Positions 11,586 through 24,593 of a DNA stretch of 64,000 nt are shown here, one piece after another. The translations under genes and the position numbers were made by a program. Source of the stretch: Lingula anatina (Eukaryota > Animalia > Brachiopoda). The stretch spans positions 22,258,001 through 22,322,000 of the forward strand of contig CM120642.1 in assembly GCA_051362555.1 (NCBI GenBank), read 5' to 3'. Under the pieces are notes generated by a model that saw only the letters and a list, made by a program, of their open reading frames with translations, made no database searches and had not been told where the DNA came from. Each line of letters begins with the position of its first letter. Position 1 is the stretch's first letter.

Positions 11586-12622
11586 GGAGTGATATGGCAA
11601 TCCCTAGGCTGTAGCATTAAAAGCCGTGCTGATATATTCTGGATGCGTTGTAATCTTTTGATCTTATCATCTGGACATCCATATAATATAGAATTGCAAT
11701 AGTCTAGCCTGGAAGTTACCAATGAGTGTATAACAGTAGCAGCAGCAGATTGATTCAGATGTTTCCTTATGGTACCAATATTCCGAATGTTGAATAAACA
11801 AGACCTTGTGATGTTGGAGATCTGTTTGTCCATTGAAAGTGTAGAATCAAAGTATACTCCTAAATTTTTTACATGGGGGGAGGAAAATGCCATACTAGCT
11901 CCAATTTTAAGTTGCAAGTTATGAGCAAGGCCCTTGTTGTGGGGTTGAGTAATGACTAAAAATTCTGTTTTTCCATCATTTATCTTCAATTTGTTTGAAA
12001 TGAGCCAACCTCTGAGGTCTGATATGCAATCAACAATTGTGTTCACAGACAATGCTGGATCATGGATGTTACAAGATGTGTACAACTGGGTATCATCGGC
12101 ATAAAAGTGGTAACCTATCTTATGATAACGCAGAATTGCTCCAAGGGGTAAGGTGTAAACACAAAACTTAAGCGGGCCAAGCACGCTCCCCTGAGGAACA
12201 CCAAATAAAAGCTGTGAGAGTTCAGAAAGCACACCATTTATATTAACTTGATGCATTCTCCCAACAAGATAGGATCGTAAAAGATCTAAGGCCTTATCTC
12301 TAACCCCTACACTCTGCTCTAGAAATGTCAATAAAATATTATGGTCTACTGTGTCAAACGCAGCAGACAAATCTAACAGTACCAATAACATAGCAGAATG
12401 TTTGTCAACACCACTTAACAAATCATTTTTAATTCTCAAAAGTGCAGATTCTGTGCTATGATTGAATTTGTAGGCTGACTGCATTTCCTCAACAAGATTG
12501 TTTGCTTCTAAATGCTTAAATAGTCTAACTGCTATAACCCTTTCTACTACCTTAGATAAAAATGACAAATTGGAAACAGGACGATAGTTTACCAAAAGAT
12601 CCGTGTCAAGGTTGTCCTTTTT
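11586..12622 (-). pseudogene. L2-group LINE ORF2 reverse transcriptase, part upstream of the DIRS insertion
   Basis: NYRPVSNLSFLSKVVE, LLDLSAAFDTVDH, GVPQGSVLGP, HFYADDTQLY, SRLDYCNS, ending DCHITPI at the DIRS junction. Confidence 0.92.
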
Positions 12623-13779
12623 GAATATATTGTATTTCTATGAGTTATTCACAATGCTTTTATTGTGAAATATAGATCTCATACGAAGAGTTATTATCCC
12701 TTTAATCATATAAAAATAAATTGATTATTTTATGTGAAAAAGGTGTTGAAAATGGAAATAAACTCTTTCCAATACAGTTATCTCTTCTTTACATTTGGAG
12801 ATTTTCAAAGTGTGACTCTGAACTCTATGGGCTAGTCACATTTTTTGAATATCTACGATAATCTTATTTTATCATTAAAAAATTGATGGTTATTATGCCG
12901 TTAAGCATTGTATAATATTGCATCAAACTGAACAAAACCCTGTTTTGGGCACTGCCTCCATAGTGACCGTGAAAGGAAAATCATGTCACTTACTCTTCTC
13001 ACACTAAACACAAAGAAACATACAGTAGGACTAAAATACAGCTTCAGTTGGAAAATCTGTCTCATTAGTTAATTTTCTGGAAGTTATACAGTTTTTTTGT
13101 GAAAATTTTTCTTTCACATATTGGAATTTTCAATGTGGGACTTAGAGCTCCCTTGGGCATTAATCTCAGTGTTAATCAAATTCTCTTAATGTCCATGTTT
13201 TTAATAGTAGATATTTAAAAATTGGTGGTATTTATACAGTTAATCATGTTGCATCAAAATTGACAAAAAACCTACTTTGTGCACTGCCACCATTAACATT
13301 ATGGAAAGAAAACTATATTACTTACTATTTTTTAACTAGTCTTACAAGAAGGATTCTTAGGATTGACAGGCAGCTCATATTAGAAGACCAGCTCTATTGG
13401 ATTATCATTTTTATTAAATTTATGCATTTTTGTTTTTTTAATTTTCATTTTTCTCATTCTGGCACTTTCTAAGTGTAAACTTGAACTCTGATGGGCCTGA
13501 AGCCTTATGTTTTTACTTTCATCTGTGTTACCTGTTGTGCATTATATATATTATATATATATATATAATTAAAATTTGATGTTGACTGTGAAGTTAATCA
13601 TAATGTATTATTGCATCAGAATTGGCAGTCTCCTATTTTGTGCACTATTATTTTCTGCTTTTCTTAAGGTGTGACTTATGGCATCGGCAATTTAGCTTTT
13701 TTTAGCCTTTTTTAGCAGGACCCGATGTGTTCTACTTAAAAAACAACAAATAATATAGTACCACTTGCTTTGACGGGAA

Positions 13780-16101
13780 CCCCGGGGGTCTATATGCCGC
13801 AAAAAGCACGATTTCGACGTGTTGCTTCGGTATTATAGCTGATTTGCCACAAGAAAAAGTTTATATTTACCCGTATTTTAGTGTTTTTAGTCCTCAACTA
13901 ATTTGAATTCATGTTTCTTTTTATCATACATGGTGTTCTCTGTCGAATTTGTTGGTTAGTTACGTCACTGTCATAGTTTAATCAATGTCGCTCAGTAACC
14001 CCTAACCTCCGTAACGCTTTTTTAAGTCAGTGTAATAATAAAAGAAAATGCTCTTAAATGGCCTTCCTGTGCATTTTTCAAACTCTTAATACATGAAGTT
14101 TAATAAAACAGTGCTATTTGTTAATTTTGAATGATGCGTTCCATCATAGAGAATGTTAACTCACAAAAGTCGGGGTGTCGCATTTAAGAGCCTAACCTCA
14201 GTAACGGACCAAATTTGAAGAAAATGTTGCTTTAGAAAGTTAAAAACATCATTTTTGTTAAGCAAGGACCAACTTCTTCCTAATAAATTCATTCAATAGT
14301 TATGCAAAGTTATCCCAAGGATAAAAACTGAAAAAGAGTGTGTGTCACATTACATCCGTTATGCTAACCTCCGTTACGAAATAAGTTAATTGGTATAAAA
14401 ATGACTGTTACATACTTTAAAACGTTATTTCTGTGGTTTTGTGAGTTAGTTCTGATCATAGAAGTAGTTCTACTTCTATGTTCTGATGTAGTATGAATTC
14501 ATACGGCTTGCTGTTAAAGACATTATATCCCGTATTAATATAGATATAAAATATACATATATAGCTGATAATTCTATCAAGATAAGCTAACCATTTAAGT
14601 TTTTACTCGAGTTTGCTATAAAATCGAGGGTAAATCGTGATTTGTTTTTTCAAATTGATTTCCATTTGTCACTTGACGATGCCTTTTTGAATTTATCATT
14701 CTGATTTTAAGCGAAATGAGGAGTTTTCAGGACTGTCTTGGCAAGAAAAATGGTACTAGCTGACATCAGTACTAGCGTACATGTAGCAGACATTATTTTC
14801 GCGGGAGACATATGGCGAAATATATTAAGCATTGAAGCAACGCTTGTATTTATCAGGTAGAACTGCGGGGTTATTAGGCCCTGTTTTACTGTTTCAGTAG
14901 CACATAATAGTTTTTAACATCTTCTAGATGCTTCCAGTAACTTTAAATGGACAATTATCCGCAAACACGTGTCTATTGATTGTATACATTTACTTTCTCG
15001 GGTATTGTGTTGTTTTTTATTGCCTATAGCTGCGATCATGTACAAGTAGGTGTAATGTTTTGTTATACAGACACCAATATGCCACTTACAAATACAGAGC
15101 TACAAAAACACTACAGAGAAAGAAAAAAAAATCTAATGACCGCGAAGCTTTTCTTGTGAAAGATTTTGAACGGTTTAAAGGCATGACATAATTTAGACTA
15201 TAGAGTTTTACCTAACCCCTGTTACTAAGATTATAAATTAAACTCTTAATCTGGTAAAATATGGAATGTGAATTCTACAGATACATCGATCAACATATTA
15301 GCGGTGAAATGTATCCAGTAGCGGTAAATGACTACTATTTATGTAGTCCTTGAAAGAAAGCAAAACAACCCGTTGTAACAATTTGCCATTTATTGGTTTG
15401 AATAAACATGTTTTATCAATTTTTCTGTTATTATGTAACGTTTGTCGTATCTGTAATACTACAAATTCCGAATTCAGCCTCTAAAGTCTACTTTAAGCTA
15501 AGAAATATCAAAACAAATATGATCGCTATTAATGACCTAACCTCCGTTACGAAATTACTCATTTTTCATTTGAACATTGGATGTGTGTGTGCTCATTGAT
15601 CAATGCTCATATCATAATAGATTGATAGCACTTTGTTCATAAACAAATAGTATGATAAAAAAGCAAGTCTGTCCCCAATGATTAATAAAATATTTAAATT
15701 ACAATATCTCAGGCTTTGTATTTATAGAAAACGAGCCACTTATTACCAATGTGTTTGCACCGCATTTTCTATAATTGAAGAGAAATCTTAAATGGGCAAT
15801 AAAATTTTGAATACATACAAAAATCTTAATAATTGAATCAAATATGGAGCTTGTGACCTTTGGCATGATTGAAATATAACCTAATTTAGATGTTACCTAA
15901 CCTCCGTAACGAAAAAAATACTGTACCATGTTTACACGTGCATATTTCTTTAAATACAGTAATGGTGTGGGTTAAAATTCTTCTACTACTCTCTGAATAC
16001 CTCTTCATCAAAATAATATAAAAAGTTTTCCAGTTTTGCAAAGTTCATATCACTGCATTTCTTGTTTTGGAATTGTACCCCTTTTCGTGGAATGGCCGTA
16101 T
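13780..16101 (+). mobile_element. Internally deleted DNA transposon (Sola-like, tentative) with repeated CTAACCTCCGT(A/T)ACG motifs
   Basis: Motif copies near 14002, 14192, 14364, 15212, 15537 and 15897. A transposase-N-terminus-like remnant MPLTNTELQKHYRERKK starts at 15079. One end is CCCCTTTTCGTGGAATGGCCGTATA; the left boundary is uncertain. Confidence 0.45.
14450..14487. other. 24-bp hairpin with 7-bp TSD (P-superfamily-like excision footprint)
   Basis: TTCTGAT-CATAGAAGTAG-TT-CTACTTCTATG-TTCTGAT. Confidence 0.7.
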
Positions 16102-16275
16102 AGATAGACAGGTTGAGGTGACAGTGACCTTGTTATATATATATGGTTGTAGTTATCTTCTTATATATATATTAATCTAAATCTTGGAAATTCTAACTTA
16201 AAGGCCATACATTTATACCCTACATATATTTAGCCATCAAACATGTCCTACTGCTAAACACATCCAGGCTAATGT

Positions 16276-16434
16276 CCCGCTGGGTGGGGTTGATATAACA
16301 TTGTTTTCTGATGTTGATACAACGTTGTTATCTGAGGTTGACACAACTTTCAAATACAACATTTATTCAATGTCTACTCAACGTTATGGTTCAACGTTGT
16401 TTCAATGTTAAAACAACATAATTTGCCCGCTGGG
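16276..16434. mobile_element. MITE fragment with CAACGTTG sub-repeats and CCCGCTGGG termini
   Basis: Repeated ACAACGTTG/TCAACGTT motifs; CCCGCTGGG at both ~16276 and ~16426 in direct orientation, so probably two right-end fragments. Confidence 0.45.
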
Positions 16435-16844
16435 CTGTTGTGCATGATTAAAATTCAGTGTTGAATGACTGTGGTATTATAAGCATTATTAATCATTGCA
16501 TCAAAATTGACAAAATGACCTATTTTGCATCTTTATTTTCTGATTTTTGTCTGTACATTTGACAGCTTTGCTGCCTTGTTTTCTAAGCCTCTTCAGGTTG
16601 CCATTGTAAGGTCTATAATTATACATGGTCCAGGGCTGCTATACTAAACAACCTACTTTCTTGTGTAAAAACTAGGCAATGCTTATGACAGTAGATGCTG
16701 TTGTTCTATTTCACTGGCCAGTCATTTCAACTAAAAATGGAATTAAACATCAAATATAAGTCTAGAGATGGGTCAAGTAGCAGTTAGTGAGTATGAGAAA
16801 ATTTCACCTTGCCCCAAGAATTTTTTTCTTTGGGGGGGGGGGGG

Positions 16845-18232
16845 GAAATTGCAGCTAAAAATGTTACACCCTGGCATTTTTAGCTATATTTTCACCTTTT
16901 AATTTTTAATTCTTTTAAAACAAATAAATCTTTATTTACTCTAATTTATTTATTTATTTATTTATTTATTTGCAATTATGAAAAACCTTTTAGGAAGATT
17001 AAACAACATTAGTCTATAAGTTTTACCATGCAGCATTTTTAACAAAATTTCTATTTCATTCAAAATTTTTAAAAAGCCCATAAGGCCATATTTGACAATC
17101 ATGCAGCAACAGTTGAGTATCCATTGAAGCTTTGTTACTATGGAAACACATTCTAAGAAAACCAGATATAAAGTTTTCTAGGAAAGTGACTTACCATTTT
17201 CCCACTCATATATATCATTGTAGGCCTGGTTTCCATATGCGATTTGACTTCAGGAAAAATATGGATGACTGAACAACCGTTTTATGTTGATTAGATCCAG
17301 TAGCAGATTTGGTTGGGGGGGGGGGGGTCAGGGGGGTCCTGACCGCCATTCGATTTCTGAAAAAATCACACTAATTAACAGTCCCCTCTTGAAATTAGAT
17401 TTTGACTAGCTAAATCGTATCAATGACACTGCTCGCCCTCTAAATTACCAAAAATTTCGGGCCCCTACAGCAGGCTCTGAACCCCACATCAGGGGGGGGG
17501 GGGGGGGGTGGTCGGCTTCGCATCCGCTGCCCTCCCCTCCCCCCCCCCCCCCCCCCCTTTCATATAATCCTGGATCCGCCCCTGAGATCTGATTTTGCAG
17601 GATAAAAATGAAAGACATGAATGTAGATAAGATTTATCAGTTATCAAAAACCAGAAGACTTAGAGCATTTATCAGAAGGGAAGCAGATAGTCTTTTTACT
17701 TACCCAATAAACTAAAATGCACTCCTCTTCGATTGTGTTAACTTGCAAAACTACATGTATTCTGCTCTTTCCAATCCCAAAAAATCTTCACTGAATCTTT
17801 GCATATGTAAGGCGAGGTGCCAGTGGCGATTGAATGGGAGACGATGATATTTTCTTAGGTCGTAAATATCCCTAGGTATATTCCATAACGTGCAAAATGT
17901 TTGAGAATATAATTCCGATCTGTATGAACAAATATCTTGGTGAAAAAAAGAAGACCCCGCACTGAAAACGCAATCAACATATTTGTCACAACTAACACAC
18001 TAAATCGGAGGAGACTCGGAGCTCATCAACCGCATCCCAGTCTAGCGCTACGTTCAAGCTATTTTGGCTTAGATCTTTTGAGTTTTAGTTCAAATATATA
18101 TTGATAATATTTTGGTTGAAAAGAATTTGATTTTTTAAATATTGTTCATTATTTAAAAGGAAAGGAAGTTATTTTTACACTCCATTTCTAATTTCTTTTT
18201 TTATCTTGTCTGATGACCATTGTCCTATATCG
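16845..18232 (-). repeat. Left arm of an inverted segmental duplication (head region)
   Basis: Collinear reverse complement of 30520-32046 (17586-18232 vs 30520-31210; 16845-17220 vs 31725-32046). In addition, 5376-5540 matches 32160-32326. Confidence 0.92.
17298..17584. mobile_element. hAT-type MITE (CAG(T/G)GGCGGAT termini, poly-G/poly-C tracts)
   Basis: CAGTAGCAGATT...GGATCCGCCCCTG. A remnant sits at the equivalent position in the right arm (31212-31270). Confidence 0.7.
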
Positions 18233-19058
18233 AACGATGCCCAAAATTGATTCACAGAGAAGTATTACATTGATTTCTCGTAAACCTTCCTAAAACGACA
18301 CCCGCGGTACTGTTGCCAATGATATAATTTAGGCCTACCAAGCTTTTTGTTCACAGGCCGTCCTGGCTGCCCCCACAAGCAGTCTACCACTGGTGACTCA
18401 TGGAGACCGGCACGTTTTACAAATTTACCCTGTTTCATATTTTAAAAGACAAGTTTTTGGGGCGAAACGAACTTTCTCACTGCGCCCACATTAGGAAGGA
18501 AATCACTGTGGTAAACTGTTCTGAACGCATAGACAAATGAAGCCCATTATTACTATTTGCTTTAAAACATTACATATATCTGTAGAGAAACCCTTTCGCT
18601 ACTCAATGGTGGATAGATCATTGTTGCATCTTCATGTAATGTAATTCCCTTCCCCTATCCCCATTTTAAATGTTCTAATTTAAGGCCAAGTGTGTGATAT
18701 AACAATGGTCCTACCTAGTGGCTCACATGGCCACTTCTACAAAATAAAAACAAAAAAGAAAACAAAAGGTCGCCCATCCGGCGGTATAGTCATATATTAC
18801 AGAAAACAATTTAGTGGTGCTCTTCATGTTATGTCTAGCAAAAGTGAGAATACCTTATGGATAAGGCTACCAGGACAGTGTTTTGGTCTCCAAAAAGACT
18901 TATTTGTGTGCGCAGTTTATGTTAAGCCAAAGAATGGGAGATTTGATGAAGCAACCTTTGACATCCTTGAGGAAGAAATAGCTCAGCATCAGTCAAATGG
19001 CATGATATGCCTCATGGGTGATTTTAACGCTCGAACTGGTACACTCCCAGATTATATC

Positions 19059-21670
19059 AACAAGGCAGCAAAGCCGTCAAATGTACAGACAAAAACAAAA
19101 AATAAAAATGCAGAAAATGGTTCATTTTGTCAATTTTGATGCAATAAATCATGCCTATAATAGCACTGTCAATCAACACTGAATTTTAATCATGCACAAC
19201 AGGTGACATCGTCAATAACAGGAGCGATTCCAGAGATATTTTCTGACAGTATTCCAAATTATCTTTGTTGATCCATCCTTCATTTTTGATGGTCTTCCAA
19301 TAGAAAAAACAGATACCCATCAATGTGAACTTTAAAATCTGAAAGACCCAGAAGACGGCCTCAATCCACCCCTGCAATAAGATTACAGTTTCAGGACCAT
19401 GAGAGTTCAAATTCACATAATGAAATCCCAATATTTGAATAATGATGACAGTGCATAAAATAATATAACATAATGTTTAAAGACATAAAAACCAATGCAA
19501 CTGCTTATGTGGAAATACAGAAAATGTGAAGAGCTTCAGGTGGATGGGAGCTGAAAATGCCAGTGTTTGAAAAATAAATTAAAAAGAAAACACAACAAAA
19601 ATATCCCATTAAAGCTGCTATTCAAACTTTTAATCTTGCTGTAATAACATGATATGAATAACCCCAATGTGTTTGAGGATAATAAGGCACTGTTATTCAT
19701 CTATTTTTTTTTCTTTTGTTAACTTATTTGCAATATTAAACAACATTTACCTGCATAATTATCTCAGATTCCTAATTATGTGACACAGTTAAGAGAGCTT
19801 AACCTATGGGACTTTACTGGGAAGTCTCAACGTGTGTTTTATGTAATTTTATTTAATGGGCACTTGGAAATTAATTAGGCAAATGATTTTATAGCTCTGA
19901 ATTTAGCTTGTGACTACCCCAAGGGACAATTACCACCATCCATAAACAGTAGCCCCATAGAGCACTCTTGCTGCATTGCTTCCAAAACAGAAAACAATCA
20001 CACTGATTTTCCAACACAAACTGCACATTAGTTCTGGCAGCCATTTCCAAAATAGGGTTTTCTTCAACTTTCATGCAATATAACATAATGAACATCAATT
20101 TTTAATAATAAAATAAAAGTATCATGGACATACAGAAAATGTGACATGGAAAGGTCTTCAAGGCCATGGAAGTTCAGAGTCACACTTTCAAAATGCCAAA
20201 ATGTAAACAAGAGATAACTATATTGAATTGATTTTCTTTCCATTTTCAACAACTTTTTTTCATATAACAAAATAATCAATTTACTGTCATTTTTAAATGA
20301 ACAACTAAGAAAATTGTTGACATAGGAAAAATATCAATAGAACAATTTTAAATGTCCAGTTTGCTCCATTCTGAGATTCTGAACATGGTGAATGATTGAA
20401 TCTGACAAACTGTAAAGATATGAGTTTATTATTATTTCCATTTTTGACACTTTATTACACAATACACAATAACAGGTTTACCATCTTTTTTTATACAATC
20501 AACTAACAATATTGTTAAGATGCAGAAAATGTCAAAAGAATACCTTTACATATTTAATTAGTTCACAGATGAGATTGTTAACATGCCTAAGAATTAAATC
20601 AAAGGAAAAAAACACTTATATACAAAAAAGGCATAACTTCACCAAAACTGAACCGATCGAGCTTATTTTCGAACTCCGTCTGTATTTCAGTAAGACTGAT
20701 CACCCCTGTAAATTTCAAGACAATTGGCCAATTGATTTTCCTTGAAATGCGTTATCGGTATTGAATACATGCTGAAAAAAAGTGAAAAAACAGCATAACT
20801 TCCACAAAATTGGTCCGATCATGCTGATTTTCGAACTTGACCTGTATATTATGAATATTCATCAGTTCTGTAAGTTTCAAGCCAAAAGGTAAAACAGTTT
20901 TTCATTTATCATGTTATCAGTGTTGCATATATGCTTTAAAAAAATGAAAAAACAGCATAACTTCCATAAAAATGGCCCAATCATGCTGATTTTCGAACTT
21001 GACCTGCGTATTATGTAAGTTTCAAGCTAAAAGGTAAAACGGTTTTTCACTAATCGTGTTATATGTGTTATAAAAATGATGAAAAAAGTGAAAAAACAGC
21101 ATAACTTCCAAGAAAATGGCCCGATCATGCTGATTTTCGAACTTGGCCTGCGTATTATGAATATTCATTAGTTCCATAAGTTTCAAGCCAAAAGGTAAAA
21201 CGGTTTTTCACTTATCGTGTTATCGGTGTTGCAAATATGCTGAAAAAAGTGAAAAAACAGCATAACTTCCATATAGATGGCCCGATCATGCTGATTTTCG
21301 AACTTGACCTGCATATTGTGAAAGTTCATCAGTTCTGTAAGTTTCAAGCCAAAAGGTAAAACAGTTTTTCACTTATCGTGTTATCGGTGGTCAAAGTGCA
21401 CGGCGACGACGACAGACGCAGGTGATGGCTATATGTACAGACACATCTGTGTCTGTACATAAAAACAACATAACTTCCATCAAAATGGCCTGATCATGCT
21501 GATTTTCGAACTTGACCTGCGTATTATGAATATTCATCAGTTCTGTAAGTTTCAAGCCAAAAGGTAAAACGGTTTTTCACTTATCGTGTTATCGGTGAAA
21601 GTGCACGGTGACGACGACAGACGCAGGTGATGGCTATATGTACAGACACATCTGTGTCTGTACATAAAAA
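19059..21670 (-). mobile_element. HINE copy C inserted in the LINE endonuclease domain
   Basis: Begins AACAAGGCAGCAAAGCCGTCAAATGTACAGACA and ends ATGTACAGACACATCTGTGTCTGTACATAAAAA. Inserted at an A-run without TSD; the LINE reads LPDYI | NDNLHGIP across it. The terminal module is duplicated (ends 21465 and 21670). Confidence 0.88.
20625..21600. repeat. ~160-bp tandem repeats inside HINE copy C
   Basis: GCATAACTTCC...ATCATGCTGATTTTCGAACTTGACCTG recurs near 20630, 20792, 20955, 21098, 21259 and 21468. Confidence 0.9.
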
Positions 21671-24593
21671 TGATAACTTACACGGTATCCCAGTGCCTGG
21701 TAGCCACCCCACAGATATGCTCACTCCTGCTCGGAACAACTTAGACAGTATCATAAACTCCCAGGGAAGAACCCTAGTAGAATTATGCATTAGTAGCAAT
21801 TTGAGAATACTGAATGGAAGAGTGTTATGAAATTCATTAGGGTACTACACATGTTACAATCAAAAGGGCTGTAGTGCAATGGATTATGCAATTTTGAGTG
21901 ATAAGCTAGTTGATAGTGTAAAATATTTCACTGTTCACCCAATTGACTACATCTCAGATCACTGTCTTCTAGATCTTACAATTGCAAGTAAGGGTTTCAA
22001 GGAATCACCAAAAGTTATTCCCCTCCAAAAATTCAGTACATCTGGGGCATCGACTCTGCAGATAAATTCCTCAGTGAACTGGAAAGTGAAAAAAAACAGA
22101 AGCCATATGTGAATTTCAAACTTCCACCTTCCCAACTACTAAAGAGGGAGTAAATAAGGCATGTCAGTCTTTAACTAAAATCCTAGATGACGCAGCTAGT
22201 GCATCACTGCGTACAAAAAGAATGTCAAAGAAAAATGGTAATGAGAGAAAAAGGAATAAAAAACAGCCCTGGTTTGACAATCAATGCATTGAAGTAAAAC
22301 GAAATATCAAACACCTCGGGAGACTACTCCACAAAAACCCAAATAATCACTTTATCTCTCACACTTATCATCAAGCTTGCAAAAAGTACAAGCAACTTCT
22401 GAAAAAGAAAAAACAAGATCATAAAGACAACCTCCTTGAAAAGCTTTTGAACATTGAAGAAAAGAATCCCAAAGAATTTTGGCAAATTATCAAAAAACTT
22501 AAAAAAGAAGAGGATCAGAACAACCTTATTGCCCCTGATGTATGGCACAATTACTTCCAACAACTGTGTGGTATCCCGCCTCTAGGTGACAATGACATTG
22601 ATGATGAATTGAAAAAATATGAAGATTGCCCTGGGGATCCCAAACTAGATGACCCTATAACCATTCTGGAGGTCCAAAAAGCACTCAGAAAGCTAAAAAA
22701 TGGCAAAGCACCTGGGGCAGATAGTATACGCAATGAAATGCTTAAGACTGGGAGACCGTACTTAACTGGTGCGATGACTAAAATCTTTAACCTGATCTTA
22801 AACTCCGGTGAGATCCCTGATGCTTGGAATTTAGGCATAGTTATACCACTCTATAAGTCTGGTGAGTGTTTGGATCCCTCAAATTACAGGGGCCTTTGTA
22901 TTACAAGCTGTTTGGGAAAGTTATTCAATTCCATTCTGGCAAATAGGCTAACTGACCTGATTGAAAAGGAAGGCAAACTTAGCGAAGAACAGGGTGGGTT
23001 CAGACCAAGTTACAGAACAACTGATCACATTTTCACACTTAAATCAATTATTAACAGATATACTAGTCAAAATAGGAAAGTCTATGCATGTTTTATTGAT
23101 TTTAAAAAAGCATTTGACTCAGTGTGGCACAAAGGTCTACTTCTCAAATTACAGAAACTTGGAATAGGAGGAAAATTTTACAATGTGATTAAACAAATGT
23201 ACAAAAATACTAAATTAGGAATCTCCACAGGAAACAGTTATACCAGACCCTTTTTTGCTAAAATTGGAATCCGCCAAGGTGATAATCTAAGTCCAACACT
23301 CTTTAATATATTTATAGACGACATAAAAGAATCCTTCCATACATGTAAAACCACAGACAAGGTAGATGGCATCAACCACATACTTTATGCCGATGACCTA
23401 GTCCTACTGTCGAGAACAAAGGACGGACTGCAAAATCTTCTGAACAAACTAGAACAGTACTGTCAAAAGTGGAAGTTACACATAAATACAAAGAAAACAA
23501 AAATAATGGTGTTTAGCAAGAAGGGTAAATTTAACCATCAAACAAAATTTCACATAAATGATGTACCCATAGAAGAAGTAAAACAATACCCCTATTTGGG
23601 AATAGTTTGCTCCAACACTGGCTCATTAAGGGAAGCAATTGAAAATTTGAAGTAAAAGGCCCTTAAAGCCCTGTTTTCCCTTAAAGGAGCACTTGCCTCT
23701 CAAAACATTTCCAAACCACTTTTGTGCATGAACTTATTTGACAAACTTATCAAACCAATTTTGCTTTATGGTTGTGAGGTCTGGTCACAGGAGATACTTA
23801 AACAGAATAACATGTCTCTGAAAAAGATTAATAAAATGCCGTTCGAACAGGTACACTTAAAGTTTTGCAAATGGATTCTAGGTCTAAGAAAGCATGCTAG
23901 CAATACCATGTCTAGAGCCGAGCTCGGAAGGTATCCTATTTTTCGAACTATAGCCAAACTTGTCCAAAGATATAGTCTTAGACTGGAACAACTGCCAAAT
24001 AATAGAATTGTAAAGCAAAGGGAAACACATGGACAGAATCCATCCAATCTTTTCACTATTGTTGGGGTTTCTCCGAAGATAGCAATCCACCAAAGAAAAT
24101 ACACCAAATAGAAAACCTAGTAGAAAAATTGAACTTAAAAATCGAAAAACTCTTTTGGCAGGAATTAAATAGCTGGACCTCAAACAAATTGAGGACATAC
24201 AAAACAATTAAAAAATCTTATGAATGTGAAAATTACATCAAAATGAGTGTCTCCTCCTTAGATATCAAAATACTGGCAAAAATTAGACTAAGTGACCACG
24301 ACCTAGCAATAGAAAGGGGCCGATACACAAACCCTAAAACTCCTCTTGATGAGAGAAAATGTAAAACCTGCAACTGTGTAGAGGATGAAAAACACTTCCT
24401 CATGGAATGTACAAGATACACTGTTGCAAGGCAACGAATGCATGATGAGCTATTGAAAATCAGTGTGGTGGGTCTAGAGGACAGTGATCAGATATTGTCA
24501 ATTCTCCTGAATCCACCCTGTGAAAAAAGCCTCAAAGTAATAGCAGAATTTGTAAAAACTGCTGTTAAAATACATAGTTCACCTACAATTTAG
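21671..24593 (+). pseudogene. LINE ORF2 (end of endonuclease, RT, zinc finger) with stops at 21828 and 23653 and frameshifts near 22030 and 24030
   Basis: ORF-track fragments 21627-21830, 21879-22112, 22222-23655, 23722-24111 and 24129-24593 are collinear parts of one ORF2. Confidence 0.9.

Larger units (their letters stand above)
6412..12622 (-). mobile_element. 5'-truncated L2/CR1-group LINE, interrupted by DIRS
   Basis: RT ORF on the minus strand, AATAAA and an (ATT)n tail at 6412-6440, and a probable 7-bp TSD GAATATA (6405-6411; 12623-12629). Confidence 0.9.
6146..12701. mobile_element. Non-autonomous TIR DNA transposon with TTAA TSD (Kolobok-like termini)
   Basis: Perfect 19-bp TIR AGGGATAATAACTCTTCGT (6146-6164) / ACGAAGAGTTATTATCCCT (12683-12701), with TTAA on both sides (6142-6145, 12702-12705). 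The flanks are contiguous in the HINE copy at 20165-20368. Superfamily assignment is inference from TTAA + AGG ends. Confidence 0.8.
5647..16580 (+). mobile_element. HINE copy B, inflated to ~11 kb by nested insertions
   Basis: 5' hairpin ATGTACATGAACACAGATGTGTCTGTACAT + GTC microsatellite at 5649-5710; 3' end TGTCTGTACATTTGACAGCTTTGCTGCCTTGTT ending 16580. Segments 6080-6145, 12702-12830 and 16437-16580 match the reverse complement of copy C (20165-20368, 19059-19200). Confidence 0.7.

Noticed and set aside
8216-11702. Plus-strand and alternate-frame ORFs over DIRS
   Set aside because: Shadow ORFs of the real minus-strand genes.
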